Source: Paragordius varius
Taxonomy: Eukaryota; Animalia; Nematomorpha
Direction of reading: 5' to 3'
Assembly (NCBI GenBank): GCA_964247055.1
Contig: OZ176054.1
Location: 6,448,001 to 6,512,000 of the forward strand
DNA length: 64,000 nt
In this document: positions 26,311-37,814 of the stretch, piece by piece
Layout: the number at the start of each line of letters is the position of its first letter
How positions within the stretch are numbered: the first letter of the stretch is position 1
Program-made: the position numbers and the translations under genes
Notes under the pieces: generated by a model
Databases searched by the model: none
Seen by the model: the letters and a program-made list of their open reading frames with translations, nothing else
What the model was told of the DNA's origin: nothing

Positions 26311-27214
26311 CTATTTATTATACTCAAAATATTGTTCATCGGTTTCTACACGGTTCCCCCCATCTCTCAGTAATATATGAATGGCACAGAAAACTGATGG
26401 CTGCCAGTTGTCAAGTTATTTTCCACGTTTTTGATATTGAAGTGTTGCTCTAAGCGCCTGCCTCATTGTGCGAAGTAGTATTCGTCAGATGGCTCCAGGT
26501 CAAGAGAATAGGGCGGATGCGGAATTTCCAATCGAAATTTTAGACTTTCCCTGTTTCGCTGTGGAAGACGGAGCATTATCATGTAGCAAAATCCCTTACC
26601 ATTCTGGCCATTCCGGTCGTTAAAAAATAAATGCATGGTTTAAATTTATCATTTGTTGGCAGCGTTATGTATTAATGATTTCACTAGTCCTCAAGTGGAT
26701 AATGCACAATACCGCTCTCACCAGAGCATGGTCTTTTTACGGCGATTTGACCTTCGTGTTGAACTGGATTAACGAGGTAATAGCCATGATTTTTTAAGCT
26801 TTGGAATACAAAAGAATAATACTTCTCATCACCTGAACAGATTGTTGCAAAAAAATTTGATTGCGTGATTTTAAAGCAGGAATACACAAGGCACTTGCAT
26901 TTTCGATTTGACAATTGTGTACCGAATTGGTTGTTGTCTGCTCATTGTCTTTTGTAATACATATGTCTGTCATAAGTTGTTTTTGAGTTGGGTTATAATC
27001 TAATATCTTTTGTACATTAGCATCCTCGAAGTTGTGTATATAAGAGCGATCACACTCTTTCACATCATATCAAAACTTTTAAGATTTTAAAACCATGTTT
27101 TACATGTGTTAATTGATAGAGCATATTCAACATATGCCAACAAACGATAACTTTCAACGGTCTTGTACATCTGATGACGTGCCGCAAATTTTTTTCATCA
27201 CCGAAATGTGACAT
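26311..27214 (-). mobile_element. Paralogous degenerate mariner transposase pseudogene
   Basis: Same motifs as 7336-8227, plus FFATICSGDEKY (first catalytic D) and FEDANVQKILDYNPTQKQL. Same position within the duplicated block. Confidence 0.88.
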
Positions 27215-27587
27215 GATCACTGAATGGTCATAAAACATTGATATTTGCGCAATTAACTTGCTTGTGTTTGTCGTATAATGTCAGTTGAACAAAAGGGCGT
27301 CTGATCAAATTAATCGTCTGCGCAATTTACCTACGTTTCATCCTATGTAAAACGGTAATTAAGGCTTCTGGTTTCCGTTGTTTTATGATTTATTACTATA
27401 AAGGCGTTCATTGCATAATTAATCCATCCACTTATTTAAAACTCAATCATTGAACTTTACACCCTAATCATTGATTCGATGGTGCTCTCATAAATATTTT
27501 ATTAACGGTTAAAATATCAGCTATAATAGCTACCTTATTAATAATTATATTTTACAATACTTTATGTATAGCGATTATCATGCTTAT

Positions 27588-29570
27588 TCCGAGAATCACA
27601 TACTGGAGTTAAACCAATTTAATTTTGTTTAATTATATGGTATATTTTTAAAAATGTATACATTTTATATATCTTTCATCATACATTATCGGTATCTTTG
27701 TCAATTTTGGAGAGACGTCGAAATGAAATTCGAAACTATTGTTTGAATAACAAATAGCTGAATCATGCCAAAAACAATATATATTATAACCTTTATATTT
27801 TACCAAAATTCTATGCCAAAATATTAGTTTGCTATAATTGGTACTGACACCTCCAAAGCCCCATATATATAAATAAGATAAAATATATTATGTACACATT
27901 ATTATCAAATTTAAATTTAAAACCACATCATGCAATTATTCCAGATTCTATATGGATTAATTATATCGATATTTGTTTTCGGAAAATATTCGGGTATATT
28001 AATTTTTTATAGTCATATAATTTGGTTTCTCTGTTTATAATTACCCTTAATTGTTATAAGTAAAAATTTAAAATATACTCAAAAGCTTTGACAGTCCGGG
28101 CAATCCATAATGTTCAAAAATACCAATAATTTTACTAGGAAGCTATACTGAAACCGTGTTTTCTTATTCATGATCTTTACACTTTTTTGTCAACGATGAC
28201 ATATTGGGGTAGTTGTCTATCACAGAATCTTGTAAATAAAGTACTATTTTTAAGTTATATTAGTTAATAATTTATTATCAAGCCTTTCTCCTGCATTAAA
28301 AAAAGCTTTTATTTTTAAAGTTTTGTTCTAGAGTCTATAATAAGAATAGCTTCCTAACACGCAATTAAACAGCTGATTTTAAAATCAATAAAAATTAAGT
28401 TTTTGCTGGTAAAATATAACCAGAAAACTTAGTAAAAATAATTATTAATTTTCTAATCATAATACATTCATTTGGCTATTGTATTAAATTTAAAAAAATT
28501 AAAGAAAAAATGGCGTGGCAAAAAAGTTTGAGATTAGGATATTTTTAAATTTAACATTTTTTAAAAAAATTATGAAGCATGCGCATCAAAAGCTTAATAA
28601 ATATATTTTTAAAAATTTAATATTGTTCTGTGATATAAAACTACCCCATAAGGTCATGAAGTGTTAAACATAGGTTATCGTTTTGAAATGTGAACAAAAC
28701 GTATAGAGGTATAACTGGTAACCCCAAGTTATTTTATATTTTACAACTGTAAAATATGGATGTCATTAAAAATTAAACTTTTACCATTTATGTTTTGGCC
28801 TAACAAAACTGTTTGCCATAGATTCTATTTTGATTTCGCCCAAAAAAGAGCATGGATTATCCAAGCCTCATAAATCTTTGCTTCACCTGAAAAATATAAA
28901 ATCACATGAATTAAAACGAGGTATATTTAATAAAATGAATTAAAACAAAAATAATCTATAAATATTGTTATCATTTATTTTAGAACGCCGTGTTAAAAGA
29001 CTCGTGGATACTGGTAAATATTATAATTTCTTGGCATGAAAAAGTTGTTAAATATAACGAAAGCTAATGTTAGCCATATCGGTATTCTAAATGGCTAAAA
29101 GTTAATTTTTCCATGTCTGCCATGCATGAGATTCGTTTTTATTTAAAACAATTTTCGAAATTATCGGGAGTTGTCAATTAAATATGCAACTGATAAAATA
29201 AAAAATCTTAGACTTAATAGTGAAAAACCCCTTTGCCTTTTAAAATACCGAAATGGCAAATAATATTTCTCGTTACCGTGTATACGATATTATAATAGAT
29301 ACTGAGAGTGATGATGGAGCAGGGGAATCTACTGATGATGATGATAATATCCAAGTTCCTTTATCAAGGAGAAGACACATATTATCAAAAATTAATATGT
29401 AATAATGTAACAACAAATTATAAATATAGTTGCATTATTTTTTTATATAATTTTTAAAACTTTGTACGTGCACCACATATAACAATAGCGTAAAAGGGAG
29501 TCATGGTATTAAATAAGTTTACAAAAAACTTTAAACTTTCCGAACATTGATGTTTTTAGAGGCAAATTAC
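27588..29570 (+). repeat. Partner of the inverted repeat 12690-14910
   Basis: Begins within ~20 bp of where the direct homology to 1-8580 ends. Confidence 0.9.
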
Positions 29571-30951
29571 ATATTGTTTAATGTTGGGTCTCACCAAAAC
29601 TTGACGGAGAGGCCGTTTATCATATGATAAAGTGACCAGATAGGCTGTTTTTCGCAGTTACAGTACTGGGTTTTCGAAAAAAAACCGCGCCTGTACTGCC
29701 CTGACTTTTGTACTGCTTTTTGAAAATTTTTTTTATAAATATTTTAATTACCATTTATTTGTACAAATTTTGTTTGTAGAATTCGATAGAGTACCCTTAG
29801 TTAAAATAAATAAATGGTTTTTTTAACTGTAAAAAACTATGGCTTTTAATTTTAATATTTTATTTTCTGCTCTAATTATACATTGAGTTGCGTTTTAAAC
29901 CGGCCATATCGCTTATGAATGCAGCCATTCGCGAAGTGGCGAAACTATCAATATCAGACTCCAGATTTAGGCCAACCTTTCACTCAGGGCTTCCGCAAAA
30001 GCGACCTCAAAAATAACCAAAAAATAAATTAATATTTCAGTAATTTTATCTTTTGAAAATTCATCTTGTTTCATATAAGTTTCAGCTAAATTAAATTTAT
30101 TTGGGTTTACTTTAATTATAATTATCAAACGGAAAATTTTTATATTTCCGCATATTATTTTTAAAATTCATTATATTTGGTTTCGATATAACCTTTTTTT
30201 AGGAATAAAACAACTTTTTTATGTTTTGTGCGGGAGGTATGTTCCCTAATTTTTTGCTTCCTTAAACTTTAATTTTTAGCCAGTCTTTTCATTCTTTTGT
30301 GCATAAACAAATTTATAGACCTATTTTAATTTTGGCACACACACACACACATAATAATTTTTTTATTAATTCCATTTTAATTTTCTTTTCCGTGCCTTTT
30401 CCTATAAACAAAATATGGACTACGGAAAAACACAACTTACAATATATACTTTGAAAGCAAAATAGTCAAAAATATAGAAGAAAATTGTGAAGCTTTTTTA
30501 GAAAAAATTTCGCAAAACCATAAATTATTGGGACAAATACATAAATCTGAAAAAAATATATAATTTATTATTTTTAGATATTATTACTATTATAAAAAAT
30601 AATTATTTATTAATAATTATGTCACGTCATATACCATTGATTGGGTAGACTCAGAACTATTTGAATTATTTTTGAATTTTACACTGTAGCAAAGTCGGCA
30701 TTTGAATAATTTTCAATCCATTCACCTATCTTTTTTTCATCAACGCATAGTTTTACCTGCTGTCAAATAGTCATTTTTTCTAAAAAGCTATGGAACAGAA
30801 CTTTCATAAGATCGTGTGTGAAGGATTTTATCTGCACGGCAACAACTTATAAAAACCAGATATATTGTTTCCCTCTATTTTTATTATCATATATTGGTAA
30901 TTATATTGTTTTTGACAATTAGCATTTTTTAAAACAAACATACCATTATAA

Positions 30952-31510
30952 TATATATATTTATAAAAATGGAAAGCTTGGTGATCTATTTCAGGGAAAC
31001 CGGTAGATCCATTCAAATCCAAATGTCGAAAAAATATAATCATTAATGAATGCCCCGACAATATCTTCGCCCTTTTTTGAATTAGGCCCCCAGTTCGGGC
31101 CTACCCCGTGTAAAAAAACAGTTTTTTTTGAAAAAACAAGTCCACAAAAATCGTGTCTTTGAGAGAATTTTTTGGAAAACGTGTTGGACTATTCAATTTC
31201 AAATATGATTTTTGTTTACTTATATTCGATTGCGCCGAACATAATCCGCTCGCTTTTTTAATTAAGGCCCTCTTTTTACCCGCTCCTCCCGTAAAATGCC
31301 ATTTTTCCAAAAAAATTCAAATTGTTAGAATCGATTTTTCGCCCAAGTAAACAATATATTAGAATGAATGCACCGTTTTGAAATTCCTATGAGATCATAG
31401 CTAATAAATAATGTTTCGAAATAATCCACATATGTGGATCCTTTTTTCAAATAGCCCCACCAGTCCAAAGAACGTCCTCGGGCTGCGTAGCAGCACGAGA
31501 TTTACGCTAG
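30952..31510 (+). mobile_element. Non-autonomous Helitron, same 5' family as 19738 but a different 3' end
   Basis: 30970-31350 matches 19760-20070. Ends with hairpin CTCGGGCTGCGTAGCAGCACGAG followed by CTAG|T at 31507-31511. Confidence 0.75.
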
Positions 31511-31889
31511 TATTATTTTATATATCCATATATATAACATATTATATAATATATGTATATATATTTATATTAAATTTTTAATAAATTTATTGGATATTTT
31601 AATTGTTACTAATGAACTTATAAATAGTAACGAACAATATCATTTAATATAAAACGCCAAAAATCCGGTTAAAAAATAGGCAAAGTATGTTTTAATTTTG
31701 TACTGCGCCAGGGTTCTAAATATCTGGTCACATTATTGTAATATCATGCTTGCCGCCATGTGGTAGGGTGAATTCCCCCTCGCATGTAGAACATTTAACA
31801 AGTGATTAATTTTTCGTTTTTTTGATAAAAGGGATTTTTTCATTAATTCATCGTTGAATTTACAACCTCTTTTTATACTCATATTTTTA

Positions 31890-32105
31890 ACTAATATTAG
31901 TATAAAAAATATTATATTACCTTAATTTTCTGGAGTAAACGTATAAGCTACCGATTTGATGTATTGATTTGCTTTTTTGATAATGTTGGCAGGTAATATA
32001 ACTAAAATATTAGTATAAAAAATATTTTATTACCTTAAATTTCTGGAGTAAACGTATAGCTACCGATTTCTGGTATTAATTTGCTTTTTGATAATGTTGG
32101 CGGTA
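31890..32105 (+). repeat. Local tandem duplication, ~110-bp unit x2
   Basis: AATATTAGTATAAAAAATATT..TTCTGGAGTAAACGTATA..GCTACCGATTT..GATAATGTTGGC occurs twice back to back. Confidence 0.8.
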
Positions 32106-33315
32106 GGATTAAATGCAAAGTGTATAATCATATGACATAAATTCAAAAAAAATAAATAATTTAAATTAAAAAATAAAAAATTTTAAATTTAAAATTGATA
32201 TAGATTTTAAAGATAACTAATGATAAAAAATTTAAACGGACAAAAAAATAATTTTTTTATAAAAATTAAATGTATTTTAAAATTTTTTTTATAATCGTGA
32301 AAAAGCGGGACGTCTGGTCACCCTATCTATAACGATATTTTTAAGCATTTTTCTGGCTTCAAATTTTAATCATATTAAAATATAATATAAAGGATACCTG
32401 CTTCTGTTTTTTTCAATAATTATTTTTTAGAAATTCACATATGATTTGAAGTCCGAATACAATACTTATTAAGTAAATTATTTCGAACGCAAAATAAAAA
32501 CAAAAATAAATTATAATTTTGTGGAAAAAGAATTCCATGCAAAAATATTCAAAAAATTTTTTTCGGCGGTCAAGAAGACCGCAGTCGACCGTTTGGACAC
32601 CCCTGCTGAAAGATTATATCTTAATAACAAAGAAATGTGTGAATTTCCACTAAATTATGAAAAATTAATATGGATTTTCTAAGAGAGCGTGACAATAATC
32701 TGAAACCATCAAAACAATTTAATTCCTTAATAATTATTAAATATACGTTCGAATAAAAATTATTTTTAATGATGAATAAGCATTAGAGAAAATAACGTGT
32801 TGGACGATTCCTCTTTCGCCCAAAACTCCGATTCTCAAGTTTTATAGCAGATTAACTTAAATAAATACCGAAAATATGGAAAATATAATATCGTAAAGCC
32901 TTAATTGATAGACCTCAGCAATCAAACCAATAATAGTATTGTGTTAATTTTGTTATTCACAAAAATTGTATATTATGAATTAAGGATATTTTCGTTTATA
33001 ATATATCAGTTTTATATCAGTTATAAGACGCAAAATACATAATAATAATCAATTTTTTACTCATGTTAAATGAATAGAACAGATCTAACTTACACAGCAA
33101 TTTATATTAATTTTGGCTTGAGTTTGACAGTTTGATGTATGCATTAACTATCTATATAATTTTCTTTCGCAATTTTCATGCGAAAAGAATGCAATTCATG
33201 ACAATTAAATAGTTAAAAATAAAAATAAAAAACCACACAAAAAATAATAAAAAATATACATATCGCGCACAAAAAATCTTTTCTTTTTATATTACAATAA
33301 AAATCAAAACAAAAC

Positions 33316-34419
33316 ATGAAGTTTATACTACCAATCTTAGTGTGCGTTTGGACTTATATTTCGTGCCAAGATTATTATAACATTGGGTATACGTATGCGA
33401 CTCAAGCTCCACCAGTTCCTGGAAATCCATATAATTATCCCTCGAATTATGTTAATTATCCTGCCAATGTGAATCAATATGCTTCATACGAAACAAATAG
33501 GCCCACAATTAATCTAAATTATCCGACTCAGGCTCCATCTCAGGTAAATTGATTTTTAATTTTCTGCTTTTTTGCTAAATATTGTTAGGAAGCTATAATT
33601 GGAAATTGTTAAATTTTTAGTTGTATGGTAATTAAAAAGTAGTTCAGTCGGACCGATTTGTATTGAAGGTAAGCATTCACCATAATTCCATAGACACCAT
33701 AGAAGAGATTATTTGGCTAAAAAAATATGCCATTACGATTACATGCAATTGCCATGTAGAAAGAAAGATTTAATATTTATTAACCAAATTTTTGTCTAAT
33801 TTCTTAAAATTTTATTTTTAAGCACTTTTATAACCCAGCCCAATGAAACGCTATAATAAGGGTTGATAAACTGAGGCTACCGGGTAGCCCAATAGGGATC
33901 CACATCTTAGATTCTTTATTTATTTTAATTTTTGCTATTAAATATTTGCTGAAGAAACGTTTTACTTCGTTAACAAATTATTGATCAATTGGACATATAA
34001 ATTTTTCTGAATAATTATAGGCGATGATGAGCAATGAATACAGAGGTAATCCAACTATTTTCGATTTTCCCAACCTTAATGCCACAGCGGATGCTATTAA
34101 CTTACGGGTTGCCACTCGAGGATTAGGTATGTAGCAAAATCAAAAAATAGATCCTTTTTTTATATAAAATATTCAATATAGAAATATAATATGATCCGAA
34201 ATATCTTATTATTGTTTTTAATATTTTTTTTTAATTAAAACGAGTTATTAATCTATTTAAAACCATATTATGTTTTATGGTAATTTAGGAACTGCGGTTT
34301 CAAGCATGGCTGATATATTAACCAAGAGATCTAATTCAGATCGTCAAAAAATAGCGGCTAATTACAAAGATATGTATGGGAAGGTATAGTTTAAATTTAT
34401 TTTTCGTAATTTCGTCTTA

Positions 34420-34477
<58 letters not shown>

Positions 34478-37232
34478 TTTTGTCAATTTTTATTATAATA
34501 GGATATTCAACATAAATTTAAATGGGAATGGAAAATATTTGGACATGCTAAGGAAATGTTCAATGATCTCTTCGTGCCCAAGATTGATTATGATGCTCAA
34601 ATTATATACTCGTCTATTAAGGTTTCAATTTTTTTATAGTCAAATACCGCAAAAGAAATATTTTTAAGGGATATGTTATAATATCTAGTTAAATTTACCA
34701 TTTTTTATACATATAATTAAATTGTTACAAGGTTAGCAATAAACAATTAACCAGTTTATTTATATTGCAGTAAATAAATTTATAATTTCCATCATTTTTT
34801 TAAAAAATCAGATCATGGCTTGTATATAAACCAATAAAAAGGCATACATGAAACCGATATTTCTATATCAACCTTTTCCTTCAGGTGTGTTTCAATGGAA
34901 AAAAATTGATTAAATTAAAATATTAAGCTCTCTATCTGGATTTAAAAGTGAATTTAAATATCAAATCGTTAATATTCTGATATATTAATGTTCTTTCGCA
35001 GAATCTAATACAAATAAATGTAAATTAATAAAAATGGATCATATGAATAAAAAATTAATTTTTTGCTCTGCATATTTAGAATATGAAACACAAATTCATC
35101 TGGTAAAATATAATTAAAATTCTTCGATAGGGAAAATTATTTATATTTCTTATCTATTTAGCGGTTTTATTCAAATTAAAATATTTAATTATTGATATCG
35201 TCAATGAAAAAAAATATTACAAAGCTCAAATAAATATATGTACGGCTTCAAGGTATATTTTTTAATGGATTTGATGATGTTTTACAACACAAGATTTCAT
35301 CAATCTTTGCAAAATTAATTTTCCTAATGAAAATATCATTACTTATGCAATGTGTTCATATTTATTTCAAAAATTTAAAATTTTTAATTATATAGGGGAT
35401 TGGAACAGATTTGGATACAATAACAGGTGTTTTATGTGGAAAGAGTTTTGAAGAAATCCAACAAATTAAAGCTGCCTATCAACGAAGTATATCTATAATT
35501 TAAAAATAAATAAAAATATAGATATTTTTTTTTGAAATTTTATAATGGGATATTTTGGTTTACTAAACTTTACAATTAAATGGTTAACAACAACTGTATT
35601 ATTGTAACTCAAACAAATAATCAAATCTTAAAAATAACTTTAAAAAATATTGTATAACACAGAATATAAATCAACATTGGAAAATGATCTTAAACGGGAT
35701 ACCTCCGGACCTGTCCGTAACCTATACATGCATCTTTTGAATGTATATGCACAAAATTTTTTTATTAAAGTTTGACACTAAAGTCATTTTTTATGGTAAA
35801 TTTATTTTGCAAATTAGTTTTTTTTTTCAATAATTTGAACCAATTTCTTTTAGACTCCACGCGAGAATGGTGTGAACATGCAACAAGTTGAACAAGATGC
35901 CAAAGTATGCAACATTTATCTAACTCTATATACAGGCATAAATAAAAACATAACGACAAATATTTTTTTAAAAGTGTTTTTTTAAAAATGTAAATTATCG
36001 TTTTGGATTGCAGATAAGGGTAAATATAAATTGGTTACATCAATTATACAGTACACATCAATGTTAGCCAATTCAAATCCGTTTAGGCCGATTGGCAATA
36101 CAGTAGATGAGGAGGGACGGTTGAAATTACGATTTTTGCCTATCTTACAACATTAAATATTTTTTAATTGCGGACAAAATTTCCTTTTCATCATATGCTA
36201 CTGTATTAACAATTAACTAGTGAATTGACCAGCATTAATGTGCATACACTATCAAAAAATAATTATATATTTTATGACGGAAAAATCAAGAATTGTTTAC
36301 ATTTTATTTGGATAATTGCCCATTAAAAAATATATAAAATTATTTTTCTAAAAAAACTTTAAACTTAGGATATCGTTGGAACCGATATAAAACATTTTCA
36401 GGATGAAAATGCTCTCTTTAGAATTTTAGCAACTAGAAGTAAACCGCACATACAACGCGTCCTCGATTCCTACCAAAGACAGGCCAATATTCCATTAATT
36501 GCTGCTCTAAACAAAGATTTGTCTGGTGACATAACTCAACAGGGCAAAGCTGTCCGAACCGTTAAAAATTTATGTATGTGGAGAATAAAATTTAATTTAT
36601 TAATGATGGAAAAATAAGTTTTAGCAATATTTTTACGGATTAAAGAAAATATACATTGATTTTAAATTTGTTAATACTGATAATATTTTTTTTTGATTTT
36701 TTTAAATTTATTATCTGTTAATATACAGTGGAGTGTTATGTGTCACCACCAACGTTTTTTGCGCAACAATTCAACAAAAACATGAAGGTATTTATTTAAT
36801 TAAATATTTAATGCTTCGGGTATCATGTTGACCAAATAATACTTTTAAATCAATCAATCATATAACCATATGTCCCCTTTTAAAAAATATTTTAATTTTA
36901 AGGGAATTGGGACCAGTGATAAAAAGTTGTTTAGACCTATCATCGCCCGCAGTGAAATAGATTTGCAAGATATAAAGGACAAATACCAGGAAATATTCAA
37001 GGAAAATTTGAAAGATCGAATTGGAGTAAAACATTTTTATAGAAAAACACATATGTATATAAAATAATTAAAATTATTACAAATTTATATTTTATGTTAT
37101 TATGAACTTAAGGAATTCAAATTATTTTTTAATTTTTTCAATACTCAGAGAGAAACTTCAGGAAATTTCAAACTTCTTATGCAAGGAATGTTAGACGGAA
37201 ATCGGGATATGATCTCCAAAAATTATCATTAA
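33316..37232 (+). CDS. Annexin (four repeats) with a predicted signal peptide and Y/P/N-rich N-tail, ~413 aa; exons 33316-33543, 34021-34126, 34289-34383, 34502-34621, 35396-35486, 35663-35742, 35854-35904, 36369-36573, 36729-36787, 36903-37025, 37149-37232
   Basis: Annexin repeats: DAINLRVATRGLGT..ILTKRSNSDRQKI; YDAQ..KGIGTD; KRDTSG; DENALFRILATRS; MKGIGTSD..IIARSEIDLQDIK..RETSGNFK. All phases are compatible. The linkage of exon 1 is inferred from phase. The exon 8 donor is uncertain. Confidence 0.88.
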
Positions 37233-37814
37233 TTAAAAATTTATGCCTTAAATCAACCTAATCCAAATTAATTATTATAAATATAATATTTATTAATTCA
37301 TTCAATATACAAAAAAATATGTAAACCACAATGCTAAATTGTATTTTTGCGCATCATTCAAATGAAATTCTTGATGGGGTACTACACTTTTCAATAATTC
37401 TGTGTCGCTAAATAATAAATTATACATGTTATTTTAATACTAATAAAATAGCACGCGTTTCCATAAAGCCTTCATTATTACATTATTAAATCACAAGGAT
37501 ATATATAGTATTGCGTGTTATGTTTGAATTTACACAAAAATTTCCTATCTCTTTCCAACAGCACTATTACGGCCTAGAGTAAGCGAGGAGTAGTAAGCTT
37601 TCCTGATTCCTTAATTCAAAAGACCTTACTACAATAAAAAAATACTCGAAACCAATGAATAATACTCAAAATACGACCTAATATTTTGCGGCTATATATA
37701 TATTATTGGTAAAATAAAAGCATTTAACGGGCTGATACTATGACAAATACATAAAAAATTAAATGAATTAATTATTGAGCACCATAAAAAACCATTTATA
37801 AGGCAGGCCACAAT

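Larger units (their letters stand above)
17499..27570 (+). repeat. Segmental duplication, right copy of 1-8580
   Basis: Colinear with 1-8580. It is longer mainly because of the 1.6 kb insertion at 19567-21162. Confidence 0.92.

Noticed and set aside
30700-30830. LCVDE peptide as a piggyBac catalytic motif
   Set aside because: Too short, and the surrounding residues do not fit.
29628-32325. TAGGGTGACCAGA-type hAT ends at 29628, 31735, 31764 and 32325
   Set aside because: Ends are recognisable, but the pairings give no matching 8-bp TSD.
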